This document shows, one piece after another, positions 26,773 to 39,751 of a DNA stretch of 64,000 nt (position 1 is its first letter; each line of letters opens with the position of its first letter). Position numbers and translations under genes: made by a program. The DNA comes from the human T2T-CHM13v2.0 reference genome, Homo sapiens: assembly GCF_009914755.1 (NCBI RefSeq), contig NC_060925.1. The stretch is one strand, 5' to 3'. A model generated the notes under the pieces. The model saw only the letters and a program-made list of their open reading frames with translations. It made no database searches and had not been told where the DNA came from.

Positions 26773-27759
26773 ACAAGCTGAAGGAGGGGGCTAGAGGGTG
26801 CGCAGTTCTGGTGAGAGGGCGCCCACTGGATGGGCTTGTTTGGGTCTTGAAGCTATGGTAAGGGTTGGGGAAGGGACATGACAAACATTTAGGGCAGAAC
26901 TGCCTTTAAACCAGGTCACCAGAGGCCCCTCTGCTTTGGAGGGTCCCAACTAGGCTCTCCCCCACTGCGCCCCATTCCCTGGGGTGAGGATTCTGCAGAG
27001 CCAAACGGAGAGCCCAGCAGGACGGTGGCCCTCTTTAGACCTCATTCTGGGACCCCAGAATTTTCCCCCCCAAGTGGCCCTGCACCACCTCCAAGAGCCT
27101 GTTTCTCCCTTCTTGCCCAGATCGGGGCTGCAGAGCTGACCTAAGGGTGAACACTGTGCCCAGAGCCCGCACCCCTGGCCTGAGTGCAACCTAGGGGCGG
27201 CTATGGGCAGCTTTTGCAATGACGTGAGTCAGTAAGTCTACAGTCAAATTAACCCTCCCCACTCCCACACCCCCCAAGCAGTATCGTGACATCTCTGCTT
27301 TAGTCCCTGAAAGCAGGGGCCATGCTCCTTGGTCTGGCCCCAAGTGGGACTCCATTGAGGGATTGCCAGAGGTCACCCAGAGAGACCCAGTGGCTCTCTG
27401 AAGGGCACACAGCAATGTGATGGGCAGAACCTCTGTGTCCAAGCCTCGGTCAGCTCAGTGTGTCCAGCCTGAGCTGGGTCCACCATCAGAGAGCCTCCCG
27501 TGATTTCAGGCCTTTAGGGAGACTCATGGATGAGAACTATATGCAATTGTTCTTGAACAATATTAGCACCAGCAGTGCCCCGCCCAGCTCCATTGGCACA
27601 GAGAGCAGCTGCAGCAGGAGCTGGCTGAGGAGGGAGGCTGGCACCCCAGCAGCTCCCTGGAGTGTGGGGCTAAGGCTCCAATGCCAAGTAAGCTTCTGCA
27701 AGGCAGGCACTGCTATGGCTCTCAGAGGGCCCCCTATGCCCACAGTCTTCTCCACTTCT

Positions 27760-27849
27760 GGGAGCTTCAGCAGTCTCCACCTGCCCACCAGGCCTCCCCC
27801 TCCCGGGAGCTTCAGCAGTCTCCACCTGCCCACCAGGCCTCCCCCTCCC
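27760..27849 (+). repeat. Perfect 2x45-bp tandem duplication
   Basis: gggagcttcagcagtctccacctgcccaccaggcctccccctccc at 27760-27804 and 27805-27849. Confidence 0.97.
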
Positions 27850-27860
27850 TCCTGGGATGC

Positions 27861-28246
27861 TGTATTAGTCTGCTCTCACATTGCTAAAAAGAACTACCTG
27901 AGACTGGGAAATTTATAAAGAAAAGAGGTTTAATTGACTCACAGTTCCACAGGATGTACAGGAGGCATGGCTGGGGAGGCCTCAGGAAATTTATGATCAT
28001 GGCAGAACGCAAAGGGGAAGCAAACACATCTTACCATTGCAGGGCAGGAAAGAGAAAGAGCAAAGGGGAAATTGCCACACACTTTTAAACCACCAGATCT
28101 CATGAGAACTCACTCACTATCATGAGAACAGCAAGGGAGAAGTTCACCCCATTGATCCAGTCACCTCCCACCAGGCCCCTTCTCCAACACTGGGAATTAC
28201 AATTCAACATGAGATTTGCACGGGGACACAAATCCAAACCATATCA
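27861..28246 (-). mobile_element. MSTA solo LTR, 5-bp TSD gatgc
   Basis: tgtattagtc...aaatccaaaccatatca; gatgc at 27856-27860 and 28247-28251. Confidence 0.93.
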
Positions 28247-28609
28247 GATGCTCTCTGCACTTGGCAGCCAGGGGCATGGGAAGATGAGACTTCACTGCCA
28301 GGTCAGGCACTTGGGCTCATCACAAAACTGAGAGCTTCAGCTTCTGGAAAGTTCTTCTTTCATTGAAATTAAGTAGCTGTTCACCATTAGTGGTGGTGGT
28401 GGCATCTTAAACCAGCACTGTTATTGAATGCCTTGCCCATTGCCCATAGGTGGGAACCATCCGTGGTTCTGCTGGGAGAGGCTCAACTGGGATGAGGAAG
28501 CCTGAAGGCTTTGGAGTCAGCTCCATCACTGAGCAGCTCGGCTTCCCTGATCAGGCCCCACATCTTTATTATGGAGCTAACAGTCCCCACCACAGGCTGG
28601 GGAGGGGAA

Positions 28610-28880
28610 AATATACTATCCTCTGTGTGCCCTCCAGACACACCTTCACCCCCTCCCCACTCTGTACAAGGAGACTGACCTGCATGGATAGCATCAATAG
28701 GGCTCCAGTGCCCTCCTGTGTCCTGGCTCCTGTTGGGTTCTGGAGGCACCAGAGGAGACCAGGGGATGGGAGGAGAGAGAGGCAGGGGAGCTTATTCCCT
28801 GGTTCACTCCCTTTGAGCCATGGCTGCAATGGCTGCGTTCCTTTCCTCTGGCCCTAGCCCCATTGGGCAGCCCCTCTCCC
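28610..28880. mobile_element. LTR33-like ERVL LTR fragment
   Basis: ggagactgacctgcatggatagcatcaatagggctcc...ctggctcctgttgggttc...ttattccc. Confidence 0.6.
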
Positions 28881-29639
28881 ATGCCTAGACACTGATCAAT
28901 ATGCCAAGAAATTGATGGGGTGTTGGTTTTGAATTTTAATGAGACCTGTTGGGTTTAAGTAGGGGAGAGACTGAATTTCATTCGACTTTTTTGAAGGCTC
29001 CCCTGGGCTGCTGCAGGGCGGGATTAGGGAGGCACACAGGGGTGGACGGTGGACCTGTTGGAGCTGTTGCAAGGTCCAGGCTACTCTGATGGAATTTGGT
29101 CCACGATGGAGGCAGTGAAGATAAACCCAACATCAGGTAGGACCAGGAGCCAGAGAAACTGAACTGGCAGAGAAACTCCAGGGTGAGGGGCCAGGAACCC
29201 CTGCTGAGCCTGGAGGCAGGGTTAGGGAAGCTCAGTGTAGAGGAAGGACAGGTTGAGGACCCAAGTGGAAGCTGGGAGCTGCTCTAGGTCTTAGCGAAGA
29301 GCTGCCTTGAAGAGGGATGTTAGAAACCAATAAGTCCTGCAATTCTGGGCAGCCTGCATCCCCACACGGCACTAAATTACGGCACTAAACTAGTGCCATG
29401 ACCCTGGCCCTTTCTCCCCTTCTAATTGTTTCAGCATGCACACCCCATCAGTGCAGGAGGGGCAGCAATGTGTACTTCCTGAGGAGTAGGGCCCAGCTGA
29501 GGTCCCTGATCCTGCCCTGCCTCCTCCCTTCTAGTCCTGGAGGACAGAGAGCAAGTGGAATTGGGGAGCACTTCCTGGTGTGGAAGCCGGGAAGTTTGGG
29601 TGTCTTTTCCAGATTGGCCACTTTCAAGGGGAGGAGGGA

Positions 29640-29790
29640 TTTGCTGTGGGATGCTGGGCCAGTCACTTAACCTCTCTGAGCCTCACTTTTCTCATCTGGG
29701 AAACAGGCTAACACCTAGCTCACAGGGCTGGTATGAACCCTAAGTAAGATGCCAAGGCCAAGGGCTGTGCCTGGCCCTCTGCAGCTGCAC
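29640..29790 (-). mobile_element. MIR SINE
   Basis: agtcacttaacctctctgagcctcacttttctcatctg. Confidence 0.75.
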
Positions 29791-30764
29791 CACATGGGTG
29801 AGTCCGTCCCTCCTGCAGGGACCTCAGCACTGACAATCTTCCCAGAACCCAGCACTCACATCATTCACCCTTCAGCATACCCATAGGCCTCTATTCCCCC
29901 ATCAGGACCATCAAGCCTTCAGGTGGGCAGCCACCACGGCCCTTTCCAGCTTGTACAGTGGGGGCCCTTATTTCTCTGCTAAGCAACAGCCTTGTAGCCC
30001 CAATCTCTAATCACTGCACCCCCACCCTCAGGAGCCTGTTGGATACATTCGGGAGACGCTGAAGCCTCCCCTGCCCTAGAGCTGTGGCAGGAGAAAAGAC
30101 ACACCGTTGGCCAAGGACCTGCTGCTTCCCCGGCCCTGTGCTCACAGGAGCCTCCCGCGTCCTATTCCCTCCAAGACTGTGCATGGGCAGGAGGGGTCAG
30201 GAACCACAAGGACATACACTGGACATGCCAGCCACCCCTGGGAGCAGGACGCTTACCTGGAGACCCAAGAATAGAGCCTGCTGGGTGCACATGTGAGTGC
30301 TGGGTGACGGCAGTGATCAGATCTTTGGCCTGTCAGCACCTGGGAATAATTACAATCCTAAAAAAGCCCTCATTATTTCTACCAGGGCCATGTGTGCCCT
30401 TTGAAAAAATGGATGTTTCCTGCCAGATTGTCCCCTGAAGCTGCATTTGTCACAGGCTATTGTGTAAATCCATGTTTGGCCCATTTTTAAAAAATGTGAT
30501 TTAGCCACTTGACTGGCCTTAACGCTCCTTCTCCATACTCTCAAAATGTGGCTGATGTCAGGAGTCCAGAGAGGAACCATAAAGCATCACAGGGGGGTGG
30601 CCTGGCTAGGTCCAGCCTGGGGCTCTGAGATCCTTGTGCTGCCCAGGAGAGCCAGCATGGCCAGTACAGGCAGCCATGGTAAAGAAGGGTGTTCTGCTCT
30701 GGAGCAGCAATCATTCAGGAACAGTGGAGGGAGAGAACCTGGGATCTGGAGGAAGTCTCAACTT

Positions 30765-31200
30765 CAGGTTTATTCACCCCACCAAGGCTCACTGTGATTC
30801 TACCCTGTGCAGCCCTGTGTGGGGCCTGGGCTGCAGCAGTGAACAGACAACGTCCCTGCACCCCAGGAGCTGACACCATGGAGTGGGGAGGCAGAAAGAG
30901 ACAGATAAACAATGCATCAGCAAGACTATTCCAGGTAGCGACAGGTGCAACGGAGAAATCAAAATGGCATGATGTTACGGTCTGGCTCAGGGCAGCCTGA
31001 ACAGTGACAACCTTGGACTGTGGGGGACAGGAAAGAGCTCTCTGAGACCTAAAGGATGAGAAGGGACACTGATGCAAACAGCAAAGGGAATGCTCCACCA
31101 GGCAGGGGGCAGGCACCCTGGGGCAAAGGCCCTGACCGGTTAGCTTGCTGGGAGAGCATTGATGATGGAGCAGTTAGCTCCACCTGGTGGGACCAGAGAA
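30765..31200 (-). mobile_element. L2
   Basis: cagcagtgaacagacaacgtccctgcaccccaggagctgaca...gggcaaaggccctga. Confidence 0.65.
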
Positions 31201-32080
31201 GGCTTCAGCAGGAGAGGACACCTGGGCCGAGAATTTCACAGGTGGGAAGAGTGAGGACTTGACAGACTGAAGACAAAGACAGAAAGACCTAGACCTGAGC
31301 AGGTGCATAACATATTGGAACAACAAGTGTCATCATCAGAGGAGAGTTTCCATTTACAAGTGTGACAAAGAGGAGGCTAGAAGCATCCTGGGGTCAAATG
31401 TGCCACCAAACTGAAACAGAGCTAAGGGGTCAGGCTCCCTCCTAAGGCAAGGAGACCCACTGTTTAAGTAGTGAGCAAGTCACACTCATTGAAGGTGTTA
31501 GGTCCAATAACTTCTCAGGCTCCTTTCAGCTTTAAAATGCAACAAGCCAGCAATGCCAGCTTATGCTTTAACTGAATAGAAGTTAATAGACTTGTTTAAT
31601 TTGGTTGCATCTATTTTTAGTTTCCGGTCCTCATCCCAACCATTGAGATGAAGAAAAGAACCACTACCAGAATGCTGAGCACAGATGCAGAGGTGTGTGG
31701 TGACGGGGGGCCCTTGAGCCCTGGGGAGAACTGGGGGAGGTCAGAGAGACCAGAGCTGGTAGCGGAGACCGAACCTTAGTAGCCCAGGCTCCCTCACATG
31801 GGGCCACACACAGATGGACACAGGCCAGGGCAGACTTTCATTCTCCTCCAAACAGCCTTTCCACTCCACCCCACCCACCCACCGCAAGTGCCAGCAGCAC
31901 CTACACCTCCCCCTGCTCCTGCCCTGAATCCTGGCCCGGCCCTGGGGAGAAGTCCTGGAAAGCCAGCACCCCCCACATCACCCTCACCCGAAAAAAAAGT
32001 GCAAACCAGGTCAGCCTTCCTCCCCTCTTATCTTAGATCAAGCAGCCATTCCGCCCTTTGGGAGCAACAGGCTCATTTCT

Positions 32081-32390
32081 CTTCCTGACTCACTAAACAG
32101 TAGGACCCTGTGACTCTCTCAGCAGACCACTGGGGGAAAAGTTTTCCAGAATCCAGACCCCTTGATGGAGAAGTCAGCCTAATGAATCATTGACACGTCT
32201 GGGCTTCCTGAGAACACTATGGATGGAGGTGTCCCAGTTCCTCCAGGAAAGCAGAGCTTCGGAGCGCTGCGCGGAGGCGAAGAAAAGCCTTTACTTAAAG
32301 ATGAGTCAGGAAGGCAGAGGGCCGGGGTGGAAAGGGCTGGAGGCGGCCAGGGGAGGCGGGTGCGGGGGCACTGGCTTCGGGTGAGTATGT
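32081..32390. promoter_or_regulatory. Candidate enhancer/promoter: inverted AP-1/ETS 12-mers, CpG patch, G-runs, splice donor
   Basis: cttcctgactca (32081-32092) and tgagtcaggaag (32302-32313); about 10 CpG in 32258-32380; GG|GTGAGT at 32380/32381. Confidence 0.5.
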
Positions 32391-32859
32391 GACCCACCCC
32401 ACACCCTAAAAGTCCACACTCGGTGGCAAACACTGTATGTTCAGGATCTCATTCCACCCTCCAAAGACCCCGTGTCGGGGATCCTGTCATGCAGCTCCAT
32501 TGGACAGATGGGGAAACTGAGGCATAGGTAAACCAAGCCCTTCCCTGAGGGCCTGGACCCTGGCCTGTCAGACTCCAGCCTGCAGGCTCTTCACCACTCT
32601 GCTCATCAGGCAGGAAGCAAGGGTCAGTGGGATTCTGGAGTGTTAGGTCCTCCAGAACCTCTAAGCTGTTGCCTGGCATGGGATCAGGATTCAGAAGCCG
32701 AGGCTGAATCCCAGCTTAATCTGCTCTGGAAAACAGAGGTGATAGTCCCAACATCACAGTCCTGTTGTGAGGGTGGAAAAGGCAGATGTGTGCGCTGCAG
32801 GGAGCACGGGGCCTGCGCAGATTGCTCAGTGAATTCTGAATATACTCAAGAGAACATGA

Positions 32860-33370
32860 ACTGCACTAACAATCCAACCCCAAATGTACAATGGCTCCAG
32901 TGCAATCAAGTTGTATGTCCAAAGCAGGTGTTCTTGATTGGTAGGTATCATGAGATGGAATGAGGCTGGGTCTGTTCCGGGATAGCCCCTGGGGAGGGCA
33001 CCCACCTGTCAACACCCAGTTTCCATCTTGCTGGCCAACTCTTTCTATTGCCTTCTTAGCCTGCATGCTCTGATGGAGCAAGCTGCTATGTGTGATGTTC
33101 CCCTGGGCAAGGAAAGAAGGGCAGGTGGTCCTGCTCATCTGCACTATCTGCACTGGACCAGCAAAAATGCGAGGAGTTCATGGGAGGTTCTCAAAGGCCT
33201 GAAGTGGACATAGCACATGCTATGTGCTATGCTTCTGCTCACATGCTATTGGCTGGGATGTAGTCACATGATCCCACCTACCTGCAGAGGAGGCTGGGAG
33301 ATGTAGTTGTGCTATATGCGCAGGAAGAAAAAAAAATTTCTTGTTTGGTCGAACAGCTGGACAGTCTCAC
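32860..33370 (-). mobile_element. Old MLT1 LTR
   Basis: ctaacaatccaaccccaaatgtacaatggct...ctattggctgggatgtagtcacatg...ggctgggagatgtagt. Confidence 0.6.
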
Positions 33371-34507
33371 TTCACCTGGAGAGGTGAAATTATGTCTGAG
33401 GAAATCCAGCGGGTCAGTAGCTGAGCCCAGCTTAGAGCTCAGGTTCCCCGTGTGCATCTGAGTCCCAGGCTCTTCCCTCCACATGTTGTGCTCCAGAGTG
33501 AGGCAGAGTCACAGGTGGCCAGTCAGATCTCAGACATGGGTTCATCTGAATAGGGGGAAGGAGGTGAACAGGGGGTCAACCTGCTATCTCTCTTGCCTGG
33601 AGGAATGACGGGTAGTGGGCAGAGCACCACAGCTTCAGGGCTCTGGGCTGTGAAATCAGTCCAGATGCAGAGTTGGCCTCAGGTACTCATTGGGAACAGT
33701 TTTCTCACCTGCCCCACAAGGCTGCAGGGAGAGGATCCATTGTATGGGATTGTGTGAGGGTGAAGGAAGATCTGATACCCTCATTGCTCGCCTTTTCCAG
33801 CTCCCACTTCTCTCAGGGCCCTGCTTTCTGAGGTTCAGGTCTGAGTTAATCAAACTAAGGACTTTGGATAATGTTAGTTTCAGGGCTCATCCTGCCCAGG
33901 GGTGTTTGAATACAATGGGAAGCTGGGGAGAGGAGAAGAAATCATGCAGGTCACTGAGGTCAAGTTTCTTCCATCAAACAGATGAGGACAATGACACTCA
34001 GATACTGGATGCTTTATGAATATGCATAACCAAACCCAGAAATCTACCTCTAGGAATTTAGCCCTTAGAAACAATCAGAGATGTATATGGAGATCTAATG
34101 CATAGGATGTTGCTCATAACAGTTAAAAACTGGAAAGAATCTGCACGTGACCTCAGTGAGGTAAAGTTATTTATGCTACGCCCATTCAATGGAAAACTAG
34201 GCAACAATTTCATACTTGAACCGCATGTTGTTGTCTTAGGACTGGAAGATATCTAAGGACAAGGAGATTTTGACCTTTTATGACTCTAAATCTTAGATGC
34301 TAATGGCATCTGAAAATATGCTGAGATCATTAGGGGAAGGTCAGGGCTTCTTTGCCCTGCAGATCCTTGAGAATTGGTTTGTTGATTTTTTACATGTTTT
34401 GGATTTCAGTTCGCTTATCATTGCAATCCAGCTGTACCTTCCTGAGGCAACAAACGCATCCTCTTGATGGACCTGAGTACAGGTGAAAGAAACATTTCAA
34501 TCACACT

Positions 34508-35215
34508 GTATCAGTTAGCTATTGCTGTGTAACAAACAGCCACAAAATCTGAGAGGCACACAATAGTAAGCATGCATTTCCCACTTCTTTGCAGGTCAGC
34601 TGGGTGGTTCTCAGCTGCAGGTTTGGGCTGCAGGACTGCTGCATGTGCCAGGGCATCAGCTTATTCCCATGACAATGGCAGACAAGAGGGCACTGGGAGC
34701 GTGCAAACTTCTTTTCTTTTTTTTTTTTTTTTTGAGATGGAGTCTCACCCTCTCGCCCAGGCTGGAGTGCTCGAGTGCAGTGGCGCGATCTTCACTCACT
34801 GCAAGCTCCACCTCCCAGGTTCACGCCATTCTCCTGCCTCAGCCTCCTGAGTAGCTGGGACTACAGGCACCTGCCACCACGCCCATCTAATTTTTTGTAT
34901 TTTTAGTACAGACCGGGTTTCACCATGTTAGCCAGGATGGTCTTGATCTCCTGACCTCATGATCCACCCGCCTCAGACTCCCAAAGTGCTGGGATTACAG
35001 GCATGAGCCACCGCGCCTTGTCACAAACTTCTTAAGACACAGAACTCGCAACTGTCACTTCTTCCCACACTCCACTGGCCAGAAGAAGTCACACACCAAA
35101 CCCAGTGGGAAAAGGCCATGAGGGTGACTCTGCCTTCTGTAAGGAAGGAACTGCACAGTCAAGTGAATAGGGACAAGGAAGGGTGAAGAATTAGAGCCAG
35201 TAGTTTAATCCACTA
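34508..35215 (-). mobile_element. MLT1 (I/J-like) LTR split by an Alu
   Basis: tgtatcagttagctattgctgtgtaacaaacagccacaaaat...ccactggccagaagaagtcac. Confidence 0.75.
34714..35022 (-). mobile_element. AluY-like, TSD caaacttctt
   Basis: gcaagctcc and ttcacgccattc diagnostics; TSD at 34704-34713 and 35024-35033; small internal duplication gagtgc-tc-gagtgc. Confidence 0.95.
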
Positions 35216-35294
35216 TCTCCCATCCACAAATAACAGCTGTGGTCAGGACATGTTGTCTGTAAGAAAACTGAACATCCTCTGTACACTTTAAAAA

Positions 35295-36090
35295 TAGTGT
35301 TATTCCTCCCCTGACTTTAAAGTAACACATGCTTATAGCACAAATGAAAAGAAAATTAAAATTACCATCATTTCATTATTCATAGATGGCCTGATTTTAT
35401 TGCATTTTCTTGCAGTATACACATCCACTTTCACACTCCAATAAACACAGGCATATATTTAAATACCAAAAGTAGGATCACACTTTATTTGACTGTGTCC
35501 TACCTTTTTCATTTAATCTCATTTTGTGAGCTTTTACTTGCATTATTAAATATTTGAAAGCAGACTCTTCAAGGATGTATAGTAATTTATCTAAAGGTGT
35601 CACATCACTTATCTAGACAATCCCTTGTGGTTAGATATTTAGGCTCTTTCAGATTTTATTCTACTATAAACAATGCCATAACGAGCATCACGGAACACAG
35701 TACTAGTCGGCATTGAGCTGTGTTCACACGCCTGGCTCTGTGTAAGCACTTTCCATATGGGACCTCATGTGAGCCTCAAGCTTCCCTCTTTGGACGTTAC
35801 CATTACCATCCCTATTTAGAGATGAGGAAATCAGGACTCAGAGACATTAGCAATGTACCCAGGGTCGCCCAGCAGCTATTTAATTGGTGGAGCCAAGATT
35901 AGAACCAAAGATTTATTACAAAGTCATGGTCTTTACTGCTTAGCTAAACTCCTTTGTGTACCTTTCTGATGGTTCCTTTGGGATTAATTTCTAGAAGTGG
36001 GGTTAGTGTGTTTGCACATTTTGAGGTTCTCAAGACATATTGCTAGCACACTTTCCAGAAAGAAGGTGTTAATTCAAACTGCAACCAATA
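35295..36090 (-). mobile_element. L1ME relic with a nested MIR (~35700-35940)
   Basis: ggttagatatttaggctctttcag...ataaacaatgcc; MIR core ccctatttagagatgaggaaatcagg. Confidence 0.55.
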
Positions 36091-36094
36091 GTCT

Positions 36095-36589
36095 CTTCAT
36101 CCACAGTGTTCACCATGTGCTGGGCACTGTTTTAGGTACTGAAGATCCAGTCAAGTGTGTTCCAACCCCACCATGCTTCCCAGTTGGGGGAAGGGACAGG
36201 CACTGTAGAGGGAACATTGTATTTTCAGATAAATAAACAAAGCAGAGGGTTGCCACAGTGGCTGGGGTAGGGTGTGGGGTGGGATGGGAAGGGGTCTCCA
36301 CCTTAAATAGGATTATCCTGGAGGTCTTCTCAGGGGAGGTGGCCTGGAGCTCATCCCTGAATGACCAGAAGGGAAAATCCACCCGAGAGGTTCCAGGTAG
36401 GAGGTATAGCAAATGCAGTCGCCAAAGTGCGGCTCAGCTCAGTAATTAGAGGAACTGGGAGAAAATCAGCGTCTGCAGTGTGGCGAGGGATGGACACAGT
36501 GCTAGGAGGTGGTGATAGAGAGGGACTGGGGAGCCTTCCACACCATGGGGAAAAAATTAAATTTTATTCTAAGTGCAGTAGGAAGACCT

Positions 36590-36590
<1 letters not shown>
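36095..36590 (-). mobile_element. L2
   Basis: ccatgtgctgggcactgttttaggtactgaaga...ttttattctaagtgcagtaggaag. Confidence 0.7.
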
Positions 36591-37605
<1,015 letters not shown>

Positions 37606-38369
37606 TCTGGAAGGTTCTCACGGGGAGAGAGCTGGTCCTACCACGGGAGCTCCAGAGCAGAGAATAGCAGGTAGGGAGTGGTGAGGGGTGCTGGGAGGAA
37701 GCTGGGAGCTGTTGTTAGGGGCTCAGCACAGGCCCCAGGCAGCGCCGCTCTGGGCATGAGGAGGGAGGCTGACTCTGGGATTATCTGAGATGTGCTGCCC
37801 TGTGAGAGGAGAAGGGAGATCTCAAGGGCAATTTGGATTAGGCCTGTCGCTTGATGTCTCTCTTCCTCCCATGTTCTCTTGGGACTGAGGGCTGGGCATG
37901 CCCCATCCTCCCCACCACCATCCTCACACAGGCCTGGAGCCTGGGCCCCCAGCCACGAGGGGGTTCACGTGGAGGACCCTGTGATGGCATCCAAATCAAG
38001 GTATCCCGTGGGATGCTGAGCGTGTCTATGCAGGTTGGTCTCCTGATAGGCTCAGCCTGGGCAACCAGGCCACCGTTGAGGTGGAGGAGAGAACCTCATT
38101 CTGCCCATGAGGACAGGGAGACCCTGCCAGCAGCCAGGGGCCGGGGCACTAACAGTGACATCCAGCAGTCACTGCTCTGCCAGCTGGAGCTGGAAGCCAG
38201 ACGGGTTTGGAGATGGGTTTGGACTTGGTGGTGGAGAAAGTCCCCCTCCCACTCCTGAGCCAGGGAATGAAGGTGTCTTTATCAGGCTAACCTGTGCGTT
38301 GAAGACTGAGGAAAAGAGCTAGGGAAGCTGACCAGGTTGCGGGTGGTGTCTCTGCTGAAGGTGGGCATG

Positions 38370-39000
38370 GTTGACACCAAGGGATTATTTTGATCAGGTC
38401 AGCCTGCCCTACTAGCTTTGTTCACTTGCTTTTTGTTTCTGTTTTTGTTCCTTTTTCCATGAAGCTGAAGGCCTCTCCACTGAACGCTGAAACCTCACCT
38501 TCACTGGCTGCTTTATAATTAGCATTTATAGGTCACCGTGGCTATGATGGCTTCTGCAATTTTTCAGGAACTTTGGCCAGCTCCTGTGCAGTTCAAACTT
38601 GTTGGTACCACTGATCCTTCAACTGAGCCTGCATACATGCCCAGTAGGTGCCTTTTGACATCAGAGGGCCAAAAACCCCACCCTCAGATGATGCAAATGT
38701 CACCATTTTCTGTACACACATCCTATGAAATGCCATGAATTCCAGCTATGCTTGTGCAGAACGAACCTGTTACTTGGTTGTTCCCCACTGCCAATCACCT
38801 TCCCCACACCTTAGACCATCCACTTCCCTAATCTATGAATATTCCTAAGGCTTATCTTCAGGGAGGCAGATTTGGGAGCTGTTCTCCTTCCTCCTCACTC
38901 TGTGCCCTGGCAAATAAATCTTTTCTCTTTTGCAAAACCTGTGTCACAGTGATTGATTTACTGTGCGCAGGCAGAACAGACCTGGACCTGGCCAGCATCA
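38370..39000 (+). mobile_element. ERVL LTR (MER54/MER74/LTR47 group)
   Basis: ttttgacatcagagggccaaaaaccccaccctcagat...caccattttctg; AATAAA at 38913-38918; ends in ...ca. Confidence 0.65.
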
Positions 39001-39354
39001 TGGTCAGTGCTCATGAGTGGACTCTGCTGGCTTTGAAGCCACTGCTCTTCCCGCCCTGGGGCCCCATCAGCCAGGGCCACCTGATACCTGTACCCCACCC
39101 TCCTGCAGCTTCCATGCAAGATGGACTGGACATGAGGCTTGGGGTCGAGGCAGGCAGAGGGCCTGTGATGTTGGGGGCTCTGGGCTGGGGGAGATGACCC
39201 TGAGCTATACGGGTGATGTTTGTTTTGTTCTGACTTAAGATGGAAATTCATTAAAACTACAAAAAAGCAATTAAAAATTGGAGGAGTAAACTCCAACTTC
39301 CATGATACAAGTAGAACCAAGGGTTGGGTGGCTGGGGTTACAACATGAGGTACC

Positions 39355-39455
39355 CCTATTTTGCCCAGGCTGGTCTCAAACTCCTGGGCTCAAGCAATCC
39401 TCCTGTCTCAGCCTCCCAAAGTGCTGGGATTATAGGTGCAAGCCATTGTGCCTGG
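39355..39455 (-). mobile_element. Alu left-arm (FLAM/AluJ) fragment
   Basis: ttgcccaggctggtctcaaactcctgggctcaagcaatcc...caaagtgctgggatta. Confidence 0.85.
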
Positions 39456-39751
39456 TGATTACTGTAGTTTTATAGTAAGTTTTGAAGTCTGGAAGTATAA
39501 GAACTTTAATTTTGTTCTTTTTCAAAATTCTTGTGGCTATTCATGGCATTTCTGCAGCTGTAAATTGGGAATGTGACTGTTAAGCACTGAAGTGTGCCCC
39601 ACCTCTGAAATCCATATGCTAAAGCCCTAGCCCACCCATACCTTATTTGGTAAGGTATGTGATCTTATTTGGAGATAGGGTCTTTACAGAAGTAATCAAG
39701 GTAAAATGAGGTTATTAGGGTGGGTCTTAATCCAACATGACCCTAACACAG

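Noticed and set aside
27760-27849. Possible CRISPR-like or coding repeat (GSFSSLHLPTRPPPP twice)
   Set aside because: Only two adjacent copies without spacers in primate DNA; the ORF runs into an MSTA LTR
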